Source: Octopus vulgaris (lineage: Eukaryota). From it: a stretch of 64,000 bases of DNA. Shown piece by piece: positions 1 to 12,760 of the stretch. Location: contig OX597814.1 in NCBI GenBank assembly GCA_951406725.2, forward strand, positions 165,168,001 to 165,232,000, read 5' to 3'. Position 1 is the first letter of the stretch. The number at the start of each line of letters is the position of its first letter. The notes beneath the pieces are model-generated. The model did no database searches. It was not told the DNA's origin and saw nothing but the letters and a program-made list of their open reading frames with translations. The translations under genes and the position numbers were made by a program.

Positions 1-540
1 AAAAAAAAATACAATGTTCCATCTAAAAATAAATGTATTGTAAAAAATCAAAATATGTCAAGAAGACTAAGGCTGGTAGATATTCAGTCACAGTACTTTG
101 GTCGACTCTGGGCTGTAGCAGAATACATTTGCACTAGGTGCGCAGAGGGACTGAACCTGACACCAAAAACGAGGTTTTTAAACACGCAGTCATTCCTTCA
201 CCCAATATATTCATATTGTTGAAATAATTTAGTTTGTAAATGTCAGTCACGCTTTGACTTGCATATGCAAGTCATATCGCCATCAATTATATACATTTGT
301 GAGTGTTAGCGAACGTTTGTACGACGGGAAAGGTGGGTTCTTACAAATCAAATTACTTTCTGTATTGTTGCAGTAATGATTTAGTTTTGTTTGCTTCAGT
401 TGTGTCGAACGAGGGCATTACAAAAACATGGCTGGTTATGATGTGGCGTTTTCACACAAAGCGCGAATGAAAAAAAATAGTATACTTATGTATACTTATG
501 TAAAAAAAAGGGTAATCATAAGTATACAAATAAGTGGTGG

Positions 541-543
541 TGG

Positions 544-577
<34 letters not shown>

Positions 578-665
578 GATGATGATGACGATGACGACGA
601 CCATGACGACGACGACGACGATGACGACGACGACGACGATGACGATTACAATAACAACAACAGCA
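541..665. repeat. Compound trinucleotide microsatellite (GAT)n-(GAC)n-(AAC)n
   Basis: Directly visible; it produces the spurious poly-Asp ORF at 428..718. Confidence 0.95.
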
Positions 666-689
666 AGCTGGTCATGATACATAATGAGC

Positions 690-1335
690 ACCACTGGAGA
701 AGTAATGTCAAGAAGTGAAGGATGTGCAGGTTTGTAAAAATGCAAAAGGCACTAACAGTGCGATTTCGCGTTTGGGAAACGATGTTGTGCATAGTGAGAA
801 AGGAATATTATTTTCGGAGATAAATATCGAAAAAGTTAATATAATAGTGAGAGAATTCAAGAACAGAAGGATGAACGAAAGATCAAATAATTGGAAAGAG
901 AAAGAAGTCCGTAGCCAATTCATACAATCCGAGGCAAATAGCGCTGGTTATGACTAAGAGATTGAAACTTAAAACCAAAATCTAAATCGCTTCTGATAAC
1001 CGCTCTAAAACGAGCCGTTAAAACGAATTTAATGAAGAAAAAAATGATAAAACTCTGTCATAGAACAGATACAGAATGTATGGGAAAGAAGACGAAAGAA
1101 ACTATCTCCTGAGTGAGTGCAGCAGGGTAGCACAAACGGAGTATAAACGCAGGCATAACTGTGTCGATAAAATTTAGAGATATCAGGATCTAGCCAGAGA
1201 AATTAAGAAATTGTGGAAGACGAAGTTAACAATCCTTCTGGTTATAAGTAGAGCACTCAGCACATCCAAACTGCAGCCTATAATGCTGAAAGATATTGGG
1301 GTTAATACAAGTATTGTCGGCGTGCAGAAAAGGTA
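690..1335 (+). mobile_element. Decayed R4/Dong-like non-LTR retrotransposon fragment (C-terminal zinc knuckle and restriction-like endonuclease region)
   Basis: Broken frames read LLSECSRVAQTEYKRRHNCV and RYQDLAREIKKLWKTKLTILLVISRALST...LKDIGVNTSIVGVQK, which match R4-clade C-termini. Confidence 0.75.
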
Positions 1336-1370
1336 TACGCCGAAGTCACCAAACCTCGGGATAAAATCTG

Positions 1371-1505
1371 CAGTTCTATATTTAAGAGATGAGGAATTAT
1401 GTACATTATTTACGATATTTACAATATTTACAAGTGACAAATATCCGTCAATTGTAAATAATGTAAATAATGTACATACTTCTTCATCTTTTAAATATAG
1501 AACTG
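1371..1505. repeat. Fold-back inverted repeat (about 43-bp arms, 3 mismatches)
   Basis: CAGTTCTATATTTAAGAGATGAGGAATTATGTACATTATTTAC ... GTAAATAATGTACATACTTCTTCATCTTTTAAATATAGAACTG. Confidence 0.9.
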
Positions 1506-1667
1506 TACCCTGTTGTTGTTGAAGTTCCAATGAAGGAGCCTTGGATCTTAGTCAGAAACTGGTTCTTTTACTATGGCAAGAAATTTTGATATAAAGCTGA
1601 ATAATGACATACATACATACATACTGCTTTTACTATCTAGCTAAGCAAAGGCGTTTCCTCAGTAACG

Positions 1668-1745
<78 letters not shown>

Positions 1746-1753
1746 GTGTGTGT

Positions 1754-1792
<39 letters not shown>

Positions 1793-1795
<3 letters not shown>

Positions 1796-2164
1796 AGTAG
1801 CTGTGCGGTATGTAGCTTGCTTACCGACCACATGGTTCCGAGTTCAGACCCACTGCGTGGCACCTTGGGCAAGTATCTTCTACTATAGCCTTGGGCTGAC
1901 CAGAGCCTTGTGAGAGAATTTGTTTGAGGGAAACTGAAAGAAGCCCGTCGTATATATATGTGTGTGTGTGTTTGTTCCCTACCATCGCTTGACAACCGAT
2001 GCTGGTGTGTTTACGGCCCCATAAATTCGCGGTTCAACAAAAGTGACCGTAAAGTACTAGGCTCACAAAGAATAAATTCTGGGGCTGATTTGCTTGACTA
2101 AAGGTGGTGCTCCAGCATGGCTGCAGTCAAATGACTGAAACAAATGAACGAATAAAAGAATAAG
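1793..2164 (+). mobile_element. SINE family B (tRNA-derived head, CORE-like domain; resembles octopus OR2-type SINE), full length
   Basis: A/B-box head, GCACCTTGGGCAAGT CORE-like motif, internal (TA)(TG) linker and GACTGAAACAA...TAAAAG tail; more than 8 copies in the window. Confidence 0.9.
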
Positions 2165-2664
2165 ATGTAAGGCCGAAAATTTTTGCGGGAATAAGCAAAA
2201 CACCTCTGCATATAATTATGCATGTAATTATGTATGTATGTATGTATGTATGTATGTATGTATTTATGTATGTATGTATGTATGTGTGTGTCTATGTATG
2301 TATGTATGTATGTATGTATGTATGTATGTATGTATGTATGCATGCACACTTGTCAGATAGGCTTATGGAAAACAAGAAAAGCAATTTTATAAGTAAACGC
2401 CTTTATGTGATTCTCCAATAAGTTTAAATAGTTTCATAGTTGGCGAGCATAAAATTTAATTCCGTTTATTAAATGTTTACTCCCTTGAGATTTTATCATA
2501 AACTGGAATTCCTAACAAACATAATCAAAATTAATTATTTTTAATATTTATTCCCCTAAGTGAGGATTTTGACTTCTAAATTCATCTGTACCTCCTTAAA
2601 GGAAGCTACTCTTCCTTAAACGATACTCCATATTTTGTGGATATAAGTTTGTCTATGATTGCGT

Positions 2665-2668
2665 GCGT

Positions 2669-2711
<43 letters not shown>

Positions 2712-2870
2712 TGTGTGTGTATGTGTGTGTGTGTTTGTGTGTGTCTATGTGTGTGTGTGAGTGTATGTGTGTGTGTATGTGTGTATGTGTGTATGTGTGT
2801 GTGTTTGTGTGTGTGTGTATGTGTGTGTGTATGTGTGCGTGTATGTGTGTGTGTGTTTGTGTGTGTATGT

Positions 2871-2927
<57 letters not shown>

Positions 2928-2940
2928 AGTGTATGCGTGC
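2665..2940. repeat. (TG)n imperfect microsatellite
   Basis: Directly visible. Confidence 0.95.
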
Positions 2941-3416
2941 GCGTGCGAGTTAGAGAGTGGGTGAGAGGAAGAGCTGTTTGGCTCTAATTTCCATTTTCAT
3001 CGACATTTTATATGATTGGCATCTGGAATTACTTAATGGAATTTTGGAATTGCTAAATGGATTAGAGCGTGGGAGGAAGTGATGAGAGGGAAGAGGTTAA
3101 AGGCGGATTTGATATACAAAGTAAGAGGTGCAGATTGATTCTTATAAACCATTAAAACGTTGAGTACCATTTAAGAGTTTGTTTTCGTATAAATATAACT
3201 TAGAACCGGCCTGAATAGAGGGTATGAGGTGCAAAGTGATTCTTATAAACCATTAGAACGTATATCTTCATATAGATATAACTTCGAACCGGCCTGAAGA
3301 GTGAAGCAGATCACTTCAGACCGGCCTGAAAAGTGAAGCAAATCGCTTCGGACGATGTTTGTCTCTCTAAGCAGCACCTACATGATGAGTAGCAAGCCAT
3401 CACAGAAACTCATGAA

Positions 3417-4232
3417 GAGGCGAGCTGGCAGAAACGTTAGCACGCCGGGCGAAATGCTTAGCCGTATTTCGCCTGCCGTTACGTTCTGAGTTCAAATTCC
3501 GCCGAGGTCGACTTTGCCTTTCATCCTTTTGGGGGTCGATAAATTAAGTACCAGTGAGACACTGGAGTTGATATAATCGATTTAATCCTTTTGTCTGTCC
3601 TTGTTTGTCCTCTCTGTGTTTGGCCCCTTGTGGGTAGTAAAGAAATAGGTATTTCGTCTGCCGCTACGTTCTGAGTTCAAATTCCGCCGAGGTTCACTTT
3701 GCCTTTCATCTTTTCAGGGTCGATAAATTAAGTACCAGTTACACACTGGGGTCGATGTAACCGTCTTAATCCCTTTCTCTGTCCTTGTTTGTCCCCTCTA
3801 TGTTTAGCCCCTTATGGGCAATAAGGAAATAAGAAACGTTAGCACGCCGGGCGAAATGCGTTGCCGTATTTCGTCTGCCGTTACGTTATGAGTTCAAATT
3901 CCGCCGAGGTCGACTTTGCCCTTCATCCTTTCGGGGTCGATAAATTAAGTACCATTCACGCACTGGGTCGATGTAATCGACTTAATCCGTTTGTCTGTCC
4001 CTGTTTGTCCTCTCTGTGTTTAGACCCTTGTGGGTAGTAAAGAAACATGTATTTCGTCTGCCGTTACGTTCTGAGTTCAAATTCCGCCGAGGTCATTTTT
4101 GCCTCCCATCCTTTCGGGGTCGATAAATCAAGTACTAGTTACGCACTGGGATCGACGTAATCGACTTAATCCTTTTCTCTGTCCTTGTTTGTCTCCTCTA
4201 TGTTTAGCCCCTTATGGGCAATAAAGAAATAA
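3417..4232 (+). mobile_element. SINE family A (tRNA-derived, Meta/MESC-like central domain), head-to-tail tetramer
   Basis: Four units, each with B-box GAGTTCAAATTCC and GCCTTTCATCCTTTCGGGGTCGATAAATTAAGTACCAG; flanked by the probable TSD AGAAACTCA(A)TGAA. Confidence 0.92.
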
Positions 4233-4587
4233 GAAACTCAATGAATGCCTCTAATTCAGAAGAAAATTTATTTCAGCTCAATATTATCTTCTTGCATTTA
4301 GGTACGTTGAACCACTTGAAAGTAGTCAGCATATAAAATGCAACAGGATGCGCACTGCAAATCAATCGTTCTTTCTTTGTAGTCTTTCCCCCACTCCCAG
4401 CTGTTCTATGGATTCAGTAATTATAAAGTATATACTGTTCTGAATTCGTAGTGCCTGTTTTGTCTGAGTTCACGCTGCTGTTGTCACGTTTGTATCAAAA
4501 CAACGATTACTTTTATATATGTAGCAAATTGTAATTGAAATATGAAATGTTTTGCGCGCTTCTCGCAAAGTAGTTCATGTAAAGCCA

Positions 4588-4692
4588 AGAAGAAGACGAA
4601 GGAGAAGAAGGAGAAGGAGAAGGAGAAGAAGAAGAAGAAGAAGAAGAAGAAGAAGAAGAAGAAGAAGAAGAAGAAGAAGAAGAAGAAGAAAG
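4588..4692. repeat. (GAA)n microsatellite
   Basis: Directly visible; source of the poly-K/R/F/S ORFs. Confidence 0.95.
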
Positions 4693-4727
4693 AGGATGAG
4701 GGGGGAAGGGGGGAGGAAAAGAAGGAG

Positions 4728-4840
4728 AAACATGGAACATGGGTGGTTCGTTCAACATCCTTAAACAATCCTTATTCAAGGACCTTTTGAGCGGGATGGG
4801 CTACTCGACCAGAAGAAAATTCTAAATGGGCCCTACCTAC
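4728..4840. repeat. Fragment of the ~550-bp interspersed element at 25570-26128, opposite orientation
   Basis: Reverse complement matches about 25740-25840 (TTAGAATTTTCTTCTGGTCGAGTA.CCCATCCC.CTCAAAAGGTCC.TGAATAAG). Confidence 0.8.
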
Positions 4841-4989
4841 CGAAAACCTACCTGGAATAAACATTGATCTTCGTTTCTATAATAATGATGATGATGATGA
4901 TGATGATGACGACGACGACGACGACAATGACAACGACGACGACAGCGACGATGATGATGATGACATTACTCACAGGGGGTTAAAGGTTG

Positions 4990-5720
4990 CTAAAGAATAG
5001 ATAGCACAATAAAAGTAAGAAAAAACTAGACACCAACAAAAAATAAAACAATGTCAGCAGAACACGCTCTTTGGAGACAATGAAAGGAAATTTTATTCCA
5101 ACAGCTCAACAACGAGAATAAACGTGAGGATAATGATGTACCAAATGCTGATGCAAAAAGAAACCTTTGGTGAAATATTTGGAGCAGTGGTTCAACTATA
5201 GCAAGGAAGCAGACTGGTTACAAAAATTTGAAAGTGAAATGGAAAATACATCAAAACATGACGACATAAATTTTACAGATGGGAAAGGGGAACAGATACT
5301 TAAAATACCAAATTGAAAAGTCTCCAGTTTTGTCGGTGTTCAGCGATTTGGGGCTAAAGATCTTAGCAGTATGTACACCTATATACTGCCGTTTCTTCAT
5401 GACTGTAGATAAAATGGAACACCAATTTGGATGATAACATGAAGGAAGATAGTACTGACAGAGAATGACAAGAAAAGAGTTGGTGAGTCAATAACTATTG
5501 CCCTATTTCATACTTATCATTATTTTGGACGTTCTACTCGCCTCATAACTGATGAGTCGTAAAGCTTTTTGGAGTAAGAGAATCTACTATCACAAGAGAA
5601 AAAGAGACGAAGAAAAGAGTCAGAGAACCTACCGATCTGTCATATATTGGCAGCATGATAGTAAGTGAAGTACGAATAGGCGTTGGTTGGATTGAGACTG
5701 TCAGAACAACGGTCATGAAA
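4990..5720 (+). mobile_element. Decayed R4/Dong-like RT fragment
   Basis: Frameshifted motifs FYxQLN, WxNIWS, EADWLQ, NYxPIS and DLxYIGxMI; colinear with the better-preserved copy at 43.4-44.8 kb; follows a (GAT/GAC)n tract. Confidence 0.65.
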
Positions 5721-6109
5721 TTGAATGTAACTTCAAGATGAAATCCATTGATCTCCTTCATAGAAAACACTTAATGAAAGCAATTATCAACTACATGTGT
5801 TTAACAACTCAGCGGTGTAGCACAAGAACAAAGCATACTTTCATATCTATGTAAGTGAAGGCAGCATTAAAATTCGTTTCCTCATCATAAATCCACTTTA
5901 AGAACAAGGGATAAGGGATCCCACAAGCTACTCGAGATATATATAGCGTTTCAGAGAAAGTTATGTTCGCAATTTTGACATAAATCGCCAATTACTGATT
6001 TAATAATATAAATGGAGCAAGATAAAGCCAATTTTTTAATGCAGAGGAATTATATGTAACAACCAAAAAATACGATATTTTAAACAAAAAGAGGGATGCA
6101 ATATTGGTT

Positions 6110-6300
6110 TCTAATTTTGGCATAAGGCCAGAAATCTCGGAAGAGGGTTTAAATCTATTACATTGACTCCACTCCTCAACTGGTGCTTACTTTATCGACT
6201 CCTAAAGGATGAAGTCGACCGCGGCAGAATTTGAATTCAGAACGTAAGGACCTATAAGATACTGCAAAGTATTCTATCCGGCGTGCCAGTTCGCCGCCTT
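6110..6300 (-). mobile_element. SINE family A, diverged copy
   Basis: Reverse complement of the A head and central domain (GAATTTGAATTCAGAACGTAAG...TCGCCGCC). Confidence 0.8.
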
Positions 6301-6777
6301 AAAGAGCGATATGATATCAAAATGCTATTATGGCAACAAATACAAGAATAAAATAACGACCTAATTGACCAACTGGACATAAAGAAATACAACCAACTGG
6401 AAGTTGTTTATAACACGCTGTATCATGGCACAGCACTGTAAGGAAAATTACGCTACCAGCGCAAAATTATCTCTCCACTGATGTACTACGTTACGTAAGC
6501 CTCCAGAGACAAATTTCAAGTAATGGAATGGTAGATAACTTATATATACTCGATTAGACGCATACTTGCAAACTTATACCATATGGGATATTATGCTTGC
6601 AAGTAGCAAAGATAACACAGTGTATCTAGAAGAGGAAGTATATTGTTAAGTTAATTACAATTCAATTAATAAACCATAGACGCAGAAACACAGTGCAGCT
6701 CATAAATAACAAGGCATTTAAATAGTCTTCTTATTATAAAACCACTGACAGATTTATGAGAATATAACATATGTAAG

Positions 6778-6830
<53 letters not shown>

Positions 6831-6972
6831 AGTGCGGGTGTATAATCTCGAATTCGAGAACACCAGAATACAATACTGAGAACATTATGTATGTGTATGT
6901 GTACAGACATTCATATACATATATACATGTTTACACACACATACATGCGGGCACACACACACATTCACACAG

Positions 6973-7031
<59 letters not shown>

Positions 7032-7509
7032 TTTTATGTATGTGCGTATGTATGCATGTGAGAGAGAGAGAGAGAGAGGAGGGAGAAAGAGAAAGACAGA
7101 GAGATAGGAAGTCAAATACCAGTGTTGTAAGTAACACGGTTCTATGTCTACTTTCAGAAGAGAAATCACATGTGTGGTCCTTTCAAAAATCCAAATATAC
7201 TCTCATATACTCGCACAAACTCTAAGTAATTTTTAAAAAACTACAGACCATCTACTTTTAAAGAAACTCAATTCTGAAAGTAGATTCGAACTTATCATAA
7301 TTTTCGTTGTTGAAACACTGGTTGAATAAGTCGTAAGATTACGTATAAGTACAATGTAAAGTTCGATGGTTGACATATTATGCAATTATGCAATTACACA
7401 GCGTGTAATTATGCAATGACACGCTATGTCAAGCGACTTTACTCTGCATGCTTTAGCTTCGTTACTATGGCAGCAGTCCGAATACTTATTGATCAGTCCT
7501 TGTTCTGGA

Positions 7510-7690
7510 ATGGCTGTGTAGTGAGTAGCTTGCTTACGAACAACATGGTTCCGGGTTCAGTCCCACTGCGTGGCACCTTGGGCAAGTGTCTTCTACTATG
7601 GCCTCAGGCCGACCAAAGCCTTGTGAGTGGATTTGGTAGACGGAAACTGAAAGAAGCCCGTCGTATATATGTATATATATGTGTATGTGC
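7510..7690 (+). mobile_element. SINE family B, 5' half
   Basis: Head plus CORE-like domain, ending in the TA/TG linker. Confidence 0.88.
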
Positions 7691-8169
7691 GTCTGTAAGA
7701 ACATCGAATTGAAAGCCTAGCCGCATTTGTTCTTGCTCTTTGCGTTCTGAGGTCAATTCCTGTCACGGGTAGTAGACTTCATCTGTCGACTGGTTTAACA
7801 CCACCATCTAGCACCTTTGGAACTCTCAGCAAAATCCAATCTGTTGCAAGTATTCAGGCTGAGTCTCTGGTTTCAGAACATATCCCTTCCTTTCTCTAGT
7901 GAAGGGTCATGAGCAATGCCCTCCTTCCTGGTTAAAACATAAAAGTGGAGCTGGCTAATTTTTTGATCACTGACTATATTTTGAAATCATGTATTGTGGG
8001 GAATAGCTGATTTCTTTCTTTCTATTTTAGAATATGGTACTCCTCGTAGAATTCATTCACACTCCTCTTCAGCACAGTGCTGCTTTTTTCTGAAACTCTT
8101 GTATGATTCCATATATAGCAATGTGAACAGTCCCTATTAAATTTACTTGTACGATGTTTGTATACTGTT

Positions 8170-8450
8170 TCAGGATACACATAAATCCATTCCGTAAATA
8201 CCTATACGTAGACAAAAATCCAGCGGGAACAATATTAGCGACCAGACTACAACAGCGATATGCTAGTGTCTTTGGATCAAGCACACAATTATTTCCAAAA
8301 CAAGTAAAAGCTTTTTCAGTTCTTCAGATAAATGAGACTCTAATTCATTTAAAGCGCTTAGAATTTCATTTTGGAGACGAAATGCCAATACAGACAGATA
8401 ACACATTTATATACTGAAGTTTTCATAATTGACGTTCCACGTGGCCAACA
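8170..8450 (+). pseudogene. hAT (Charlie/SPIN/GTF2IRD2-like) transposase C-terminal relic
   Basis: ORF segment FRKYLY...QRYASVFGSSTQLF resembles the SxFGSTYxCEQLFS dimerisation-domain motif; a hAT-like MITE lies just downstream. Confidence 0.5.
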
Positions 8451-8620
8451 CAGCAAACTTATCTCAATTTCTCTCGAATACATTGTTATAACTGGACAAA
8501 ATAAGTTTTATATATTAACGTCTTGTAAATGCACTTTATTCTTGATTTGTCATTATGGTTTGGAGATTCATGTAATCCATTTTCTTCTGTAGATCCTACA
8601 AAATCTTTAAATGTTTATAA

Positions 8621-8783
8621 CAGAGATGACAACCTCATATGGGCCGCATGAAACATGGCTCATCATCAAGCGGGCCGCACGAAACATGGCTCGTTATCAA
8701 GCGGGCTGCACTACCCAGATAATTCAAAGTGATTTTTCGTTGATTTTCAGAAAATTCCGCGGATCGTAGTTTGTCCATGACTA
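8621..8783. mobile_element. Small hAT/Charlie-like MITE relic with internal 31-bp tandem repeat
   Basis: GGGCCGCA(T/C)GAAACATGGCTC(A/G)T(C/T)ATCAAGC twice plus a partial copy; end GCGGATCGTAGTTTGTCCATGACT resembles Charlie-type subterminal sequence. Confidence 0.55.
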
Positions 8784-10382
8784 GTTTATAAAGTTCTTGA
8801 TTCTTATTTCATTCATTAATATGTAAATGGCTAAATTCTAAAATGTTCGCATCCAACCAGATCGTAAATAAAATTTAGTGAAGGGCAGTTATGAAAGTGT
8901 CATCCATTATCTAACATGCGCTACTTCCTCCATGTTCAAGATCAAGCATATCTTCGACTTTCAAATCCCTAAGTGTAATTAGTTCGCCATTTAATGTATT
9001 TTTTTAACTGTAGGAACCTCTTTATGAACAAGTGTTTATTTTCTCAGAAGATAAGTGAGTTTCTTGAATTTTTAAAACTTCTTGATGAAAGACGTTTTTA
9101 AAGCAGACATTTTGTGGAGAGCCAGTAGCGCACAATTGAACAATTTCGCAGAAGAAATTTCTCACTATTTTTTATTTTTTTACTACATTTTTACTTTTTT
9201 CTACGTACTGCAGAACACTCGTTGCATTTGTGCTAGGGGAATGGTTGTGATGTACAAATGTTTTAAGTATTTGTTACTTCTTTAGAAACTTGGTTTTTGC
9301 TAGGTCATTGTAATTAAACAATTTTCTATTTTCGTAACATCAAAAGTAATTAATTTTTAAACTTTTATCTTTCACTATTAAGTGGTCTCATATATTTAGA
9401 TTATTACGGCTGTTTTGAATTTTGAAAAAAAATTAATCCATTATATGGAACAACAAGTGTTAAAGAAATCGTGTAGATTCGAATTAGCAATTCATACTGA
9501 GAAATATTAGTTTTAAATTGTCAACTCTAATAAAAACAAAGTATATACGTTCACTGCGTAGTTCACATTAAAGTTCCTCTTTGTGTGACAAATGGACTGA
9601 AAAAAGAAACGCGAAAATAAACCAGTTTTCTCTATGGAAAAGTGGCAGAAAAAGAAATATTATTTTGGTGATTCTCTCAGATTCAAAGAATGTGTAGCTC
9701 GTGTCGAAGAAAGAGAGAAAGTAAAGCGAGTCATTTATTCAACCAAAAGTTTGTTTTATTCTGTGGTTTCTTTTATCTAGTGCTTCATTTGTACAGGGGA
9801 ATCTAAATATTCTTTTAAGTAAGGCTTTTAACCATAGAGACTTTGTATTAGTGTAGATTTTCACTGAATCCATATAAGTAAATAAATGTGTCAGTGTAAA
9901 AGGGTATGAAGTCTGTATGAGTTTCTATCGGAATGTCTGTGTCTCGAAATGAAGTAATTATATTGCTTGGAATTTTATTTGTACTTTTCAGGGTATTTAC
10001 TTTTAGTAGACTTGTTTTCTAGGTTTTGCTTTAGTTTCACGACGTCATCCGGTGCGTAAATTACTACAAGTATACGTACGCATTCCTTGTATACATAATG
10101 TATATGTATGTTTTGTTTAATAATGATATTTAATAGTTTAGCGATCGACTATGCAGGTGTATTTATTTGAGATATTAGGGACCGCAGGGGTTGTCTCGTT
10201 TGAGTAGTTTCACTTTTTCATTGTCATGTACTGGTGTCAATTCTCTTATAGTGCAAGTGAAATAAGGTGTTTCTTATAAATCGGGATTTGACAGATGGAA
10301 AGTTGTGTAATCGAATCTGGAAGAACATAAATGTCATGCGACATACTTAATAACACCGCTATGATTGCGCCTGCACACACAC

Positions 10383-10419
<37 letters not shown>

Positions 10420-10420
10420 A

Positions 10421-10493
<73 letters not shown>

Positions 10494-10559
10494 GAATCTA
10501 CCGAGTTGTTCCTTGTCCAAGAAATCGTTGTCGAGCTCTTTTCTTTCTTCTGATTTTTT

Positions 10560-11600
10560 TTCTTCAGCTTGTTAATTGGCCAATGGGATCCGCAGTAACG
10601 GCGCCTTCTGTTCGTGCTTTCCTTTAATACATATGACTTTATTTATATTTTCCCGGTCCCTAAGCTCGATATTCAATAATGCCTGATCTTTTTTATGGTT
10701 TGCTAAAGCTTTTTCTAATAGAAGTTCTTGGCTGATGCCCTCCTGTAATTTCAGAGTACAGAGCCTGTTTGGAAAGTCATGTTTCTAACTTCCTTTTCAC
10801 ATGTTTTCAATAATGGTTCGGATTCCCACAGATTTTGTTCAAGCCAGTATTTCGTTATTTGTTTCTTAGTTATCATATTTGATATTAAAGATTCACCGTA
10901 GTTTAGTTTGATGAAATCTTTCAAGCCAGTGTATGTGGCATTGATATACAATCCAAGTCTCACAGCTATACAGCAGTGCGGAGAGAACAACCCACAGAAA
11001 TATCGATATTTCGTTTCGAGATTCCGGTTATGGTTGTGATAGTTACGGTTTGAGTGGAGTGAGGTGCAAATGTGTTGTGGGCGGCTTGCAGTCTGTAGGG
11101 GACTTTATCTTCAAGGGAGCAAGAGTTGAATAAGATACTGCCAACACAGATGAAGGGTGAAACTTTTTCAGCTAGTTCTCTGTGACTAAAATTTTCGGTT
11201 TCAAGTGGATATTTTGCAAGTCTTCATTTTTGGTATACTTGTAGTGATGCGAAGCACGAAAAAATGCATCGAAGATAGTTTGCATATGAATTTTGATTAG
11301 AGATATTAACAGCCATACCATCGGGGCATATTGCAGCTCACAGATCATGACCGTAGATGCATGGTTTCCCAATTTATGTCGTCGTAGATTGGAAAATCTT
11401 ACCAAGCATCCGTATTTAAACGTTAATACAGTTCATTTCTATCAGCACACTAGTCGGAGGCTTCGAAAACATGCCGGATGCGAGTGCACAGCTGTGCTAA
11501 ATAACACTATCCATATCATCTTCAGGAGAAGGTTCACGTTGGTATGAAATTCGATCTTTCATGCTATTATGAAGTGACTGAAACATCTAATTGAAGTTGT
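10560..11600 (-). mobile_element. Decayed RTE-clade LINE RT fragment
   Basis: Minus-strand motifs FSNLRR...TVMICELQYA(DD), MQTIFDAF and VVLSALLYSCETW are typical of RTE/BovB-type ORFs. Confidence 0.75.
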
Positions 11601-11708
11601 CTAGCAGCAAGCATCATACCAGTCGTGCCTCGTTGAGGGTGGATTCAGGCAATATATGTTCAGAAAAAGATCTGATTCAATGTATCACTACTTGTGATAC
11701 ACTATTGC

Positions 11709-11874
<166 letters not shown>

Positions 11875-12239
11875 GGCGAATGCTCATATGTCGGTATTTA
11901 TCTATATTCAAAGCTGAAGACAACAGTTTCGCACTAAGGTAGCTGAAATTTTTCATATGGGCACATTATTTTAAGTAGAATATCATAGCCTATAGGGCTT
12001 ATTATTCTCATAACTTTTAAATCCGTGTACTGCTGTTAGTATATACATGTGTGTGTGTGTGTGTGTGCGACTGCGCGCTAACAGGAGTCCGATCGTTCAT
12101 GAAGAATGCACTCCAATGTAAAATTTCAGTTACCTAGATGCAATGCCTACACACGCGCATGCACACACACACAAACACACATACATACATACATAGATTC
12201 CTAATTTGTACATACAAATATATATATATACATATATAA

Positions 12240-12407
12240 TTTTAATCCAAACGGGAAACAAAAAAACAACAACAATGGAACAATTACAGTATTATTATTA
12301 ATAGGCGCTCAGGAAATGGAAGCAGGGAGGTATGACGTTTCGAGCGGAGCTCTTCGTCGGAAACATAAAGAAGGAAGAGAGAGGAAAGAAAGATCCCGGA
12401 GCGGGCA
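12240..12407 (-). mobile_element. Probable solo Penelope-like pseudo-LTR within TA repeats
   Basis: Short unique island between TA tracts that carries a minimal hammerhead-like motif. Confidence 0.55.
12330..12366 (-). ncRNA. Minimal type-I hammerhead-ribozyme-like motif (CCGA core variant)
   Basis: Minus strand GUUU-CCGACGA-A-GAGC(UCC)GCUC-GAAA-CG-UC-AUAC; palindromic helix III ACGU and a GUC triplet. Confidence 0.65.
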
Positions 12408-12484
12408 TATATACATATACATATATATATATATACATACATATACATATATATATATATATATATATACATACATATATATAT

Positions 12485-12517
<33 letters not shown>

Positions 12518-12582
12518 AACATACATATATATACATGTATATATATATATACATGTATATATATACATACCTATATACATGC

Positions 12583-12639
<57 letters not shown>

Positions 12640-12672
12640 TATATACATATATATATATACATACATATATAC

Positions 12673-12743
<71 letters not shown>

Positions 12744-12760
12744 AACACACACACACACGC
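12407..12760. repeat. (TA)n/(TACA)n microsatellite block
   Basis: Directly visible. Confidence 0.95.

Noticed and set aside
3417-4232. CRISPR-like or satellite array
   Set aside because: The units are ~190-230-bp SINE bodies without unique spacers, in a eukaryotic context.
5549-5615. CTGATGAG hammerhead-like core
   Set aside because: There is no adequate helix II or GAAA, and it lies inside R4-like RT coding sequence. CTGACGAG at about 37764 fails in the same way.
9048-9054. 7-nt microexon between TTTTCTCAG and GTGAGT
   Set aside because: It is frame-disrupting, has no supporting neighbouring exons, and is expected by chance in AT-rich DNA.
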